Positions 29,423 to 38,997 are shown, counted from the stretch's first letter. The stretch is 55,487 nucleotides of DNA from a bacterium (GCA_963663405.2 CAXXSM010000035.1:1-55487); one strand, 5' to 3'. The notes: generated by a model not told the origin, from the sequence alone. Translations and numbers: made by a program.

Positions 29423-30667
29423 TTATTCAATATACCCCATCTCTTTAAAGAATCTGCTCCTAAACCTGAAAATCCGAATTCTCTTAATAATTTCGGATAC
29501 TTTGTTCGGAAAATGATATGATTTGACATGAGAATAGTCCGCATATTTAATGCAGCAAATCGCTGTAAACTTAATATCGTTACAGAATTTGATTGTTTCT
29601 TGAAAATGTTCTTCTGTTTCACCTGGAAATCCGACAATAATATGAGTGCCAATGAAGACGCCTGGCAACGCGTTCCGTAATTCAATTAGATTCGTTTTGG
29701 TTTCTATGGCGTTATATTGCCGATTCATGAGTTCAAGGATTTTTTCGCTGCCCGATTGTAATGGAATCCACAACCGTTTTATTCTATGCGCATTTTGGGT
29801 CAATAGATCAATTAGGTCTGTTTTATACTTATTGATCCATCTCGGATTCAGGTCATGAATAACCAATTGAAAATCATCGTTATGATTGAACAGTTCTCTC
29901 AACAAATCTACAATAGTAAGATTGATATCTTGACCATATTGACCGACATCACCAGCCATTAGATGAAATGTATGATACCCCTGATCTAAACCTTCCCGGA
30001 ATTCTTCCAAAATCGTTTCTAATGGTTTAGAGACTAAATCCCCCATTGCCGGACGGACCGAACAAAAACTGCATTCACCGCAACATCCACGAGCAATATA
30101 TAAACGAGGCTCATAAAGACGTTTTTCGTTCTGCATGTTTAATCGTTTCATGCTAAAAGAACTAATCATTTTGTCGAGAAAATGTGATGTGAGTTGAATT
30201 GTCGCCCTGAAATTATCGATTAGAGTGAAACTACTTTGGGCTTGTTCAACGTATTGGTTAACTACTAAAGGTTGTTTGACATCTTTTATAGGAATTGTAG
30301 CGTGTATAATTTCATCTATACTGAAGACACGCTTCGGTGGAAGTGTGTAACAATGTAATTCATTTTCCAGCAGTTTATTTTCAATTTCAGCCAAGCAACC
30401 AAGGACAATAAACTGCGCGTCATCTCTTGCCTTCCTCTTTAAAGACTTTAATAAACTAATACTTTTATCGTTCGCGTATCTGTCAAAACCGCAAGTAAAA
30501 ACCAGAATCAATTTCACATCATAAGGATGAAAATAGACACACCACCCATTTTGTCTAAAATATTCAATCAATTTTGAGAGATCTGATCTTGATCGTTCAC
30601 AACCATTCGCATAGATTATGCTAACTTGTTTCTCATCAAGGATATCTTTTTTTAGTACGAGAGACAT
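29423..30667 (-). CDS. Methylthiotransferase-like radical SAM protein without an apparent TRAM domain
   Basis: N-terminal MTTase cysteines (NGCERS, FTCGF, LGCLA), CCGECSFC radical SAM motif, LQSGSEKILELMNR, IIVGFPGET; AT-rich. Confidence 0.85.
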   Translation of the reverse strand: MSLVLKKDILDEKQVSIIYANGCERSRSDLSKLIEYFRQNGWCVYFHPYDVKLILVFTCGFDRYANDKSISLLKSLKRKARDDAQFIVLGCLAEIENKLLENELHCYTLPPKRVFSIDEIIHATIPIKDVKQPLVVNQYVEQAQSSFTLIDNFRATIQLTSHFLDKMISSFSMKRLNMQNEKRLYEPRLYIARGCCGECSFCSVRPAMGDLVSKPLETILEEFREGLDQGYHTFHLMAGDVGQYGQDINLTIVDLLRELFNHNDDFQLVIHDLNPRWINKYKTDLIDLLTQNAHRIKRLWIPLQSGSEKILELMNRQYNAIETKTNLIELRNALPGVFIGTHIIVGFPGETEEHFQETIKFCNDIKFTAICCIKYADYSHVKSYHFPNKVSEIIKRIRIFRFRSRFFKEMGYIE

Positions 30668-31283
30668 AGCTCAATACTTTCTCGTATATATAAATATATA
30701 CAACTTATTAGACATTAAGACACCTACACAAGATTTTTCATTGATAAGACAATCTGTATTTGAAAAAAATGTTTACTGAGGACCTTTAATCGATTGTAAA
30801 GGAATTTGTAAAGTTTACTCAGCGTAATTAAGCATTATATGTATTCATTTTTTATATAGTAAAATTATTTGGCTACTTAAAGCGCCAATAACAGCGTTCT
30901 ATGATGAAAAGAATGGAACACATTATCCCATTTATGCCTCCTGATAATCATAATTTTTTACATTATAGCATAAAAAAGAGGATAAACACTATCTTTTTTA
31001 TTAAAAAACAATAGAAATTTAATATAACGTTACATCGATCTTTCGACCAACGATAATTAGTTTATTTTTTTGTAAATTCCTTCAAATTAGAAGGTTAGGA
31101 ATATTCAGCGAATGGATTCCCAAAAGAGTGATTACAGAAAAATCATCGATTCTCTACAATCATCGATTCTCTGCATTTGAGATATGTAAAGGTCTTATAG
31201 GAATCCTTAAATGGATCTGAAGAAAAATACAACTTATGATATAATTCATGATGAAAATCGAATGATCCTGGGGGGAGGCGTCA

Positions 31284-32510
31284 ATGGGTCATAGATCTCT
31301 CATCTATACAATTATTAGTATTTCCTTGTTTCTGATTCTCATCGCAGGATTATTGTATATCATCGCGATTCTTCTACATGCGCAGATCGCTCCGGATACT
31401 CCTATCACAATCCGCTCTATTGTGTTCCATGATGTTGCGAAGGAACGGATGGATGGTGTCAGCGTTTCTCCTGATTACTTCCGTGATACCCTTCGAATGA
31501 TTGAACTTTCGGGAAAGCAGAGTTTGTTCGCCAGTGAGATTGTCCGGATACTAAGGAAAGAAATTTCGCTCGAACGGAATGGCGTCGTTCTAACATTTGA
31601 TGACGGCTGGGCTGGAAACTTGGATTACGCGCATCCATTGTTGGAACGCTTCGGGATGCGCGCAACCGAGTTTGTCCATACAGCGGGAACCGATGAGGGG
31701 AGGCCCCGGCGCTTAGGTTGGGACGACCTGCAGGCAATGAAAGAATCCGGGATCTGGGAGATTCATTCCCACTCGGAGAGTCACGCCGATCTGACCGCGA
31801 TTGAGACTGATTTGTTGAGAGATGAATTATCCAACTCTCTTCACAAATTGCAGGCTCACGGATTCGCCGAAACGGCTTGTATCGCGTATCCATTCGGCAA
31901 GCATACAAAACGGGTAAGAGACGCAGCAAAGGAATGCGGCTATGCGGCGGGTTTTACAGCCGGTCCGATCGCGGAAGTGACGCGGGGCAGCGATCTTTAC
32001 GCGATTCCACGGACGACGGTCTGCCAATTATTCGATCAAGAATTGGTCTGCCGGAAATTGGGAATCGATCTTCAACAAATCCGGCGGGAAATCGCCATCT
32101 ATGATGAACCGGAAGGCCGATTCACAGGCAATTGGGAGACGATTCCCTCAAAAGATCGTAAGGGAGAATGCTTCACCGCCGGACAATACGGTAGATCATA
32201 CGCTATTACGAACGATAAAGACGCCGCTTGGACACTTACATTCACTATTCATCAAAAGGGTATGTATTCTTTCTCCATTTGGACACCTAAAACTATAGAA
32301 GGGATTAATACATCCTGTCAATGGCGTATTGATACATCACCAAATTTATCTATTGTCCAACAGGGGAAAATCTGTCACCGTCTTCCTAACGGATGGTCTA
32401 TACTTTCTACCATTGAATTGGGGGCTGGTTGTTATGAATTTGAACTCTGTTCAGGGCGGGAGCCTATCGGCGCCTTTGTTGTGGACGCTTTGAAAGTTGA
32501 ACGGGGGTAG
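31284..32510 (+). CDS. Membrane-anchored polysaccharide deacetylase (NodB) with C-terminal beta-sandwich domain
   Basis: LTFDDGW, HSHSESH, AYPFG; N-terminal TM helix. Confidence 0.88.
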   Translation: MGHRSLIYTIISISLFLILIAGLLYIIAILLHAQIAPDTPITIRSIVFHDVAKERMDGVSVSPDYFRDTLRMIELSGKQSLFASEIVRILRKEISLERNGVVLTFDDGWAGNLDYAHPLLERFGMRATEFVHTAGTDEGRPRRLGWDDLQAMKESGIWEIHSHSESHADLTAIETDLLRDELSNSLHKLQAHGFAETACIAYPFGKHTKRVRDAAKECGYAAGFTAGPIAEVTRGSDLYAIPRTTVCQLFDQELVCRKLGIDLQQIRREIAIYDEPEGRFTGNWETIPSKDRKGECFTAGQYGRSYAITNDKDAAWTLTFTIHQKGMYSFSIWTPKTIEGINTSCQWRIDTSPNLSIVQQGKICHRLPNGWSILSTIELGAGCYEFELCSGREPIGAFVVDALKVERG

Positions 32511-32538
32511 TTTGTTTGAATTTGTTAGTTTGAATTAT

Positions 32539-32682
32539 TTGTCTGAATCAGGATAGACAGGATTGGCAGGATATTCAGGATATGAATTATTGGTTTTACA
32601 TTGTTTATTGTTACTTGATATTGATGAAGTTGGAGAAAAATATCCTGGTCATCCTTTTATCCTGGGTATCCTGATTCTGACA
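32539..32682 (+). repeat. Repeat family B
   Basis: Same TIRs and core as 29238-29380. Confidence 0.9.
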
Positions 32683-32730
32683 GAAGAACTTTGATCACCC
32701 GGTTTTTGTATCATTGATGAATAGAAAGGA

Positions 32731-33774
32731 GTGATTATGAGAAAACTGGTTTTGTTCTTTTATCTTTTCTTTGGGGTGTTCATTGTTTCTGTTGATGTTT
32801 ATTCTCAGGAGGAGCCGATTTTACGAATTTTACCGAATCCTGCTTATCCAGCAACGATTAATCGCATTGACATTTCTCCCGATGAAACAAGGATTGCAAT
32901 CGCCGGAGACTATGATGTGATATATGATTTGCAGACTGGAGAATTGATTAAATTTCTTTATTTTCCTGGAAGATATCCAGGGCGTTCTGTTGACTACTCT
33001 TCCGATGGGAAACTGTTAGTCGTAGGATCGATGAATAAAGTAATCGTATTTGATACAAAAGGTTATGATGAACAGTATTCTCTAATCGTAGAAACTTCCG
33101 GATACAATGATTTTATAGGATGGGTTTATATTACTTTTTATCCTGATGACAGTCTTGTTCTATTTTCATCACATAAACAAATTTACATCTGGGATTACGT
33201 TAATGAGACGATAAACAAAACAATCTATAATCCAAATCCAAATGGTGCTTCCGTTGCTTTTTTTAAAGGAAATGAGAATATAGCGCTACTTGGCACTCCC
33301 ATAATTTTAAATCTCGAAACAGGTCTTGAAGTCGAGGATGGAATTGACATAAGTTCTGAGATACGTGAAAAAATGGTGTGGATTATCACTGACAATAATA
33401 AGTACATAATAACAAGTGAGTTTACATATAAAAATGATTATATAGATGGAACTAGGATCAATGTATATGCTCGAGATAGTCAAGAGATGATTGGGACATA
33501 TGCTCATAATACGCATAGTGTTATGGGAACCGTTCTTTCATCGGATGGAAAATTGTTGGCTATTGGTGATCGTAATGGTGTTCAGATCATTGATTTCTCT
33601 ATTCCTGAATCTCCAAAGGTTGTAAGAGCATTTCCAAACGACAGTAAGCCAACAATAAAAGGATTAAAATTTACCAAAGATAGAAAAAAGTTGATCTTAG
33701 CAACATTTTGGGAAGTCTTGGTTTATGATATCAGCGATCTGAATACGTGTGTTGAAAATGCGGTTTTGCACTAG
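32731..33774 (+). CDS. Secreted WD40-like beta-propeller protein; ends LNTCVENAVLH
   Basis: Signal peptide; ISPDETRIA, YSSDGKLL and LSSDGKLL repeats; AT-rich. Confidence 0.82.
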   Translation: MIMRKLVLFFYLFFGVFIVSVDVYSQEEPILRILPNPAYPATINRIDISPDETRIAIAGDYDVIYDLQTGELIKFLYFPGRYPGRSVDYSSDGKLLVVGSMNKVIVFDTKGYDEQYSLIVETSGYNDFIGWVYITFYPDDSLVLFSSHKQIYIWDYVNETINKTIYNPNPNGASVAFFKGNENIALLGTPIILNLETGLEVEDGIDISSEIREKMVWIITDNNKYIITSEFTYKNDYIDGTRINVYARDSQEMIGTYAHNTHSVMGTVLSSDGKLLAIGDRNGVQIIDFSIPESPKVVRAFPNDSKPTIKGLKFTKDRKKLILATFWEVLVYDISDLNTCVENAVLH

Positions 33775-33780
33775 GTTTGT

Positions 33781-33924
33781 TTGTCTGAATCAGGATGGGC
33801 TGGATGGGCAGGATTTTTAGGATATGAATTACTAGTGTTACATTGTTTATTGTTACTTGATATCGATGAAGTTGGAGAAAAATATCCTGGTCATCCTTTT
33901 ATCCTGGGTATCCTGATTCTGACA
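33781..33924 (+). repeat. Repeat family B
   Basis: Near-identical to 32539-32682. Confidence 0.9.
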
Positions 33925-33964
33925 GAAAAACAACCGCCAAATTTACGTATCATCAATATAAGAA

Positions 33965-34106
33965 AGATATTCAGGATATGAATTATTTAGTGTTACATTG
34001 TTTAGTGTTACTTGATATCGATGAAGTAGGAGAAAAGAATCCTGTTCATCCTTTCATCCTGTTAAAGCAGCCCTCGCGGATGCTCGGTCTTACCTGATTC
34101 TGACAA
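33965..34106 (+). repeat. Repeat family B, 5'-truncated; 3' subtype shared with 5228-5400
   Basis: Core TCAGGATATGAATTATT...; tail GTTAAAGCAGCCCTCGCGG.TGCTCGGTCTTACCTGATTC. Confidence 0.85.
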
Positions 34107-34125
34107 ATCCCTTTTCCCAGCCAGT

Positions 34126-34725
34126 TCAGGGCAGTGAAAAACTGACTTTGGGGCGTCCAGGCACATAGCGGCGGAGGAAGCCTATGCTGTAGACGCCGTT
34201 GGTTAGGTCGTAGGGATGCCAGTCGGTTGTGCTTTGGCCTTGGTAGGAGGTGGTGGGGCCCATTCCGAAGATGATGCCGATTGAATTTTTGCGCAAACCG
34301 AAATCTGGATTGACGTTTTTGTCGAAATAGACGGGAGTTAAGTTGGAATGATAGCGCAGATCGTATGGATCCCAATGATACTGCGCTTTGGTGAATCCCA
34401 GCCGTGTGTTATCGTTGAACAGCTCTTTGGCGGCGGGCATATCCTGAAAGGGATCGTAGAGAAATCCGGTCAGGTAAGCGACCGGTGTTGTGAGCCAGCA
34501 ATTCTGGTTGGCTTCGTGTGAGTGAGGGGGATTGTCGTTGTTGTCATTCATGTATTGTAGGATCGCGAGTTCCATTGTGCGCAGATCGGCCAGCGCCCGT
34601 GACACTTTTGCGCGGACCTGGGCGTTGAGAAAGTTCGGGACCGCGATCGCCGCGAGAATGCCGATAATCGCGACCACGATTAATAATTCGATTAGTGTGA
34701 ACGCCGCTCGCTGCGTCTCCATCAC
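34126..34725 (-). CDS. Prepilin-type N-terminal cleavage/methylation protein (GspG-like pseudopilin)
   Basis: AFTLIELLIVVAIIGILAAIAVPNFLNAQVRAK; LTTPVAY; YDLTNGVYS. Confidence 0.9.
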   Translation of the reverse strand: MMETQRAAFTLIELLIVVAIIGILAAIAVPNFLNAQVRAKVSRALADLRTMELAILQYMNDNNDNPPHSHEANQNCWLTTPVAYLTGFLYDPFQDMPAAKELFNDNTRLGFTKAQYHWDPYDLRYHSNLTPVYFDKNVNPDFGLRKNSIGIIFGMGPTTSYQGQSTTDWHPYDLTNGVYSIGFLRRYVPGRPKVSFSLP

Positions 34726-34833
34726 AACCCCTCCGCTAATAAAAATCGATCGTTCATATCAGACAATCAAGGTTTATCCAGCAATTGATCATTCATAAAC
34801 GCCACATGCAATATGTAGATTTATCGCTTTATC

Positions 34834-34909
34834 CCCAGGATTAAAATCCTGGGTTATTTTCTTTTGTCCCGGAGGGACATTGGACACTAGCCAGCCTTTT
34901 AAGGCTGGG
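34834..34909. repeat. Triple-hairpin palindromic element (single copy in the window)
   Basis: CCCAGGATTAAAATCCTGGG, GTCCCGGAGGGAC, CCAGCCTTTTAAGGCTGG. Confidence 0.55.
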
Positions 34910-35087
34910 TACTTTGCTGCAACAGGCTCATGACCATTATCCATAAAAGGATGGGAGTGTCTATAGCCCCAAAAATGGCGTATCTAGAAAGTGGGTCTTT
35001 GCTTGACCTTTGGCTTATTTTATACGATTATGGTTTTATCGCATCCATTATTATTGGGGGAAACGTTCTTTGTAAAAGGAAAAAACC

Positions 35088-36443
35088 ATGAAGAAACAAA
35101 CAACGAACGATTTACAGACATCTACTCATTCACGTATGGAACCGTTGAAATCCGATCGACGTAGTTTTTTGAAGACCGCCGGTATCGGTGTGGGGCTATT
35201 TTCGATCGTTCCATCCTCCGTGATCGGCAAGAGTGCGCCGAATGACAAAATCGTGATGGGATCGATCGGCCTGGGCATCCGGGGCACAAGTAATATGAAA
35301 CAATTCCTGACGCAGGACGATACTCGCGTCGTGGCGGTGTGTGATGTGTCTGAAAAACAGCGGAATGAAGCGAAGGAACTGGTTGACGGTTATTATGAAA
35401 ATGATGACTGCGCCGCGTATAATGATTTTCGTGAATTAATCGCGCGGAAAGACATCGACGCGGTCTGTATCGCTGCGCCCGATCATTGGCATGTTCTAAT
35501 GGGATTGGCGGCGTCGCGCGCGGGGAAGGATATGTATCTTGAAAAACCCGTCGGGGTGAGTCTGGAACAGGCGCAGGCGCTGCGCAAGGCGATCCATGAG
35601 AACAATAATGTCTTTCAGTTTGGGACGCAGCAGCGTTCCTCCGAGAATTTTCGTTATGTCTGCGAACTCGTGCGGAACAAGCATATTGGTGAGTTAAAAA
35701 CGATGTACGTCGGCGCGCCCGCCAGCTGGGCGATTCCACAAGATCCGATTATCCCCGTTCCCAAAGATCTGGATTATGACATGTGGCTTGGCGCCGCGCC
35801 GAAAGCGCCGTATTCCTACCAGCGCTGCCGTCCATACAATAAAGAAGAGAGTTACAGCACGTGGTACCATATCAATGATTACTGCCTTGGATTCATCGCG
35901 AATTGGGGCGTTCACCATTTGGATATCGCGCAGTGGGGGAATGGGACGGATCATACGACGCCTATTGAAGTGGAAGGTTCCGGCGAGTTTCCAAACGAGG
36001 GGATTGCGAATAACTGCATTCAATGGGATCTGGAATTTAAATACGCCAACGGTGTGAAGATGATCTATACCGATAACAAAGGCCGGTCAAAACAAGGTGT
36101 CCGTTTTGAAGGTACCAAAGGGTGGGCGCATGTCAATCGCGCAGGCCGGGATTCGGAACCGAAGTCGATCATTGAATCGAAAATCGGCCCGGATGAGATT
36201 CATCTGACAGTCAGCCCGGGGCATCACCGGAATTTCTTGGACGCGGTGAAAAGCCGGGGAGAAACGATCTGCCCGATCGATACCGCCGTACATTCGGATA
36301 CGATTTGTCAGCTGTCGAATATCGCGGTCAGGCTCAAACGAAAACTACGATGGGATCCGGAAAAGGAGAAATTCATCAATGATGAGGAAGCGAACACGAT
36401 GCTTTCGCGGCCCATGCGGGAACCGTGGGGGTTGGATGGGTGA
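35088..36443 (+). CDS. Tat-exported Gfo/Idh/MocA family oxidoreductase
   Basis: DRRSFLK, GSIGLGIRG, APDHWH, GKDMYLEKP, QFGTQQRS. Confidence 0.93.
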   Translation: MKKQTTNDLQTSTHSRMEPLKSDRRSFLKTAGIGVGLFSIVPSSVIGKSAPNDKIVMGSIGLGIRGTSNMKQFLTQDDTRVVAVCDVSEKQRNEAKELVDGYYENDDCAAYNDFRELIARKDIDAVCIAAPDHWHVLMGLAASRAGKDMYLEKPVGVSLEQAQALRKAIHENNNVFQFGTQQRSSENFRYVCELVRNKHIGELKTMYVGAPASWAIPQDPIIPVPKDLDYDMWLGAAPKAPYSYQRCRPYNKEESYSTWYHINDYCLGFIANWGVHHLDIAQWGNGTDHTTPIEVEGSGEFPNEGIANNCIQWDLEFKYANGVKMIYTDNKGRSKQGVRFEGTKGWAHVNRAGRDSEPKSIIESKIGPDEIHLTVSPGHHRNFLDAVKSRGETICPIDTAVHSDTICQLSNIAVRLKRKLRWDPEKEKFINDEEANTMLSRPMREPWGLDG

Positions 36444-36486
36444 TTGACGCTGGTTATCGCTCTATTCGAATGTTGATCGGGATGAT

Positions 36487-36586
36487 GCCAGGGCAGAAAA
36501 AAGTAAAAAGTTCCGGCGCTGGCGCCAGTACTTGCCCTGGGCGCCCGCGTACTGGGCGGCCACACCCTGGGCGGCCACGCACCCGC
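36487..36586 (+). repeat. Repeat family A loop-insertion variant with a duplicated tail
   Basis: GCCAGGGCAGAAAAAAGTAAAAAGTTCCGGCGCTGGCGCCAGTACTTGCCCTGGGCGCCCGC, then CTGGGCGGCCAC twice. Confidence 0.75.
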
Positions 36587-36590
36587 TTAA

Positions 36591-36680
36591 TTGTCTGAAC
36601 CCTGATTCTAAAGATTATAGGATTACCATGATTAAAAATCAAATTAATCAAGTAAATCAAGTGAATCAAGGTTCAGACAA
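36591..36680. repeat. Short relative of family B
   Basis: TIRs TTGTCTGAACC / GGTTCAGACAA; periodic GATT on the left arm and AATC on the right arm. Confidence 0.75.
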
Positions 36681-36759
36681 TATAGAAACCTGCATAATTG
36701 CGCAGGGTTTCAATATTTCCTAAAAAAAGTGAATGGATTGTTAAGAAGGAGAAATTTTC

Positions 36760-38109
36760 ATGAAATCTTATGTTTGGTTATTGGTCGCAGTATTTGTTCT
36801 AAGCGGGGGGGCGCCTGTGTTTGCGGCTGGGGCTGATCCTCTCTTTGCCGGTTGGGCGAGTGTTGATATTACGCCGGAAAAACCGGTCGCTCTGGTCGGC
36901 CAGCTGCATAAACGGATTTCCGAGCGGGTGCGAGATCCTCTTACCGCGACGGCGCTGGCGCTGGAAACGAAGAGATCGAATGGAGAAACCGAACAGGCCA
37001 TTCTAGTATCGTGCGATATTATCTCGACCAAAAAAGTGATTCAGGAAAGACTGCGGGATTTGGTCCGGTCTGAAATCCCCGATTTCGATCCGGATAAATT
37101 GTTCATGAACGCCACCCACACGCATACCGCGCCTGGTTTCATCGATGGCGCGTACAATGGGCTTTATGATGTAAGTGAAGATGAAGGCGTCATGAAAGCG
37201 TCGGAATATGCGGATTTCTTTTTGCCTCGTGTGGCCAAAGCCGTGACGCAGGCGTGGAAATCACGAAAACCGGCGGGAATGAGTTGGGCGTTGAGTCACG
37301 CGATGGTCGGCATGAACCGGCGGACGCATTATTTCGATGGAACCACCGTTATGTATGGCAAAACGGATAAGCCGGAATTTTCCAATTTCGAAGGCTATGA
37401 AGATCATGGAGTCGAACTGCTGTTTTTCTGGAACGCGGACCGGGAGTTGACTGGGATTGTGATCAACATCGCGTGTCCCTCGCAGGAGACGGAAGGCATT
37501 TCGGAAGTCTCCGCTGATTATTGGCATGATGTGCGGGAGATGATTCACGCCAAGTTTTCACCGGATGTGTTTGTTCTCCCCCAATGCTCATCGGCGGGGG
37601 ACCAATCTCCTCATTATCTGATCCGGAAACGCGCCGAGGAGATTATGCGTGAACGGAGGGGGCTGTCGAGCCGGCGGGAAATCGCCCGGCGGATCATCAG
37701 CGCCGTGATTGATGGGTATTCCACCGCCCGTGATGCGATCGAGACCAAACTGGATTTCCGGCATAAGACCATTCGAATGCCCCTCCCCGCTTATGATAAT
37801 CCTGTCCCAACTTTTTATTTGAAAGATCCACTCGATTCGGTTGAGTTTCACGTATTGCGCCTTGGCGCCATTGCGATGGCGACCAATCCGTTTGAACTGT
37901 ATCTCGATTATGGAATCCGGATCAAAGCGAGGAGCCCCGCTGTGTTGACATTTCTCGTTCAGTTATCCAATCAGAACAATGGTTATTTACCTACGCCAAA
38001 AGCGATTGAAGGCGGCGGTTATAGCGCGATCAAATTCGGGGTTGGTCCGGAAGGCGGGCAGATATTGGTTAATAAAACTGTGGAGACAATTCAGGCGATG
38101 TGGGATTAA
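36760..38109 (+). CDS. Secreted neutral/alkaline ceramidase-like hydrolase
   Basis: GWASVDITP, DPLTATALAL, NATHTHTAP, GYLPT..GGGYS. Confidence 0.75.
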   Translation: MKSYVWLLVAVFVLSGGAPVFAAGADPLFAGWASVDITPEKPVALVGQLHKRISERVRDPLTATALALETKRSNGETEQAILVSCDIISTKKVIQERLRDLVRSEIPDFDPDKLFMNATHTHTAPGFIDGAYNGLYDVSEDEGVMKASEYADFFLPRVAKAVTQAWKSRKPAGMSWALSHAMVGMNRRTHYFDGTTVMYGKTDKPEFSNFEGYEDHGVELLFFWNADRELTGIVINIACPSQETEGISEVSADYWHDVREMIHAKFSPDVFVLPQCSSAGDQSPHYLIRKRAEEIMRERRGLSSRREIARRIISAVIDGYSTARDAIETKLDFRHKTIRMPLPAYDNPVPTFYLKDPLDSVEFHVLRLGAIAMATNPFELYLDYGIRIKARSPAVLTFLVQLSNQNNGYLPTPKAIEGGGYSAIKFGVGPEGGQILVNKTVETIQAMWD

Positions 38110-38146
38110 TACGCAGCCACCCAAAGCAAAAAAGGAGACAGGAACA

Positions 38147-38977
38147 ATGGGGAAAATTTATGTGGGATTGAACGCGGAGTTTTCACGCAGTTCGGATAAA
38201 TCGTTTGAAGCCGCTGTAGAAATGGCGGCGGATATCGGCTACAAATACTATGAGCCGATGGTACATTTCGGGCGCGAGTTGATGAGTGAAGCGGGGTATT
38301 TTCATACCGTTTCTCTGTTTGACGATCCGTACCGCATTAAGGACGCGTGTGATAAAGCGGGATTGACGATATCCGGGCTTCAGTCGCATGGCCCTTTGGG
38401 ACGGCCCGATGTTCATGGTGAGTATGTAAAACTGGCGATCCGGACCGCGGCGGAAATCGGTGTTCCCGTGATCAATACCGATGAAGGCATCAAAGCGAAA
38501 TGGACCACCGAAGAAGAAGATTTTGTGTTGATTAAATACACGCTGCAAGAAGCGGCGTTCATCGCCGAACGGCGGGGCGTGAAGATCGGCCTGGAACCGC
38601 ATGCGCAGTATTCCCGCACGCCTGATGGATTGGACCGCATCTATAACCTTGTGGATTCTCCCGCGATCGGGATCAATTTCGATACGGGCAACGCGTATCT
38701 ATGCGGTCACGATGTGTATGAGTGGTTGGATCGCGTCGCGGGGCGGCTGGTGCATCTACACGCGAAAGATATCTCCATCGCGCAATCGGATACTGAGCGG
38801 GGAAAAGTGACGGGCACGGCGGTCGGCTGCGCTTGTGGCGAAGGAGTGTTGGATTGGGAAAGGATCACACAAATCGTGCGGGAGAAGACTCCCCGCGATA
38901 TTGTGTTTTCCGTCGAATGCGGAACGCCGGAACAAGCCGAAACCAGTTTCAAACATCTGAATGAGGTTTTATCGTAA
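38147..38977 (+). CDS. Sugar phosphate isomerase/epimerase (AP endonuclease 2 TIM barrel)
   Basis: ATG 38147 after AGGAG; GLEPH, NFDTGN, HLHAKD, SVE motifs. Confidence 0.88.
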   Translation: MGKIYVGLNAEFSRSSDKSFEAAVEMAADIGYKYYEPMVHFGRELMSEAGYFHTVSLFDDPYRIKDACDKAGLTISGLQSHGPLGRPDVHGEYVKLAIRTAAEIGVPVINTDEGIKAKWTTEEEDFVLIKYTLQEAAFIAERRGVKIGLEPHAQYSRTPDGLDRIYNLVDSPAIGINFDTGNAYLCGHDVYEWLDRVAGRLVHLHAKDISIAQSDTERGKVTGTAVGCACGEGVLDWERITQIVREKTPRDIVFSVECGTPEQAETSFKHLNEVLS

Positions 38978-38997
38978 TATACGGGAAAGCGAGGTGT

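Noticed and set aside
30870-30955. Small precursor peptide upstream of the radical SAM gene (RiPP)
   Set aside because: The GGAGG-preceded ATG reads MG-stop, the other tiny frames are unconvincing, and the enzyme is MTTase-like with no SPASM or RRE domain.
33781-33981. 66-aa ORF
   Set aside because: It lies almost wholly within family B repeat sequence.
29238-34106. Repeat runs as a CRISPR array
   Set aside because: The repeats are ~140 bp, the intervals are gene-sized and irregular, and no cas genes are present.
1908-34725. Diversity-generating retroelement acting on the pilin-like genes
   Set aside because: No reverse transcriptase is present and no template/variable repeat pair differing at adenines was seen.
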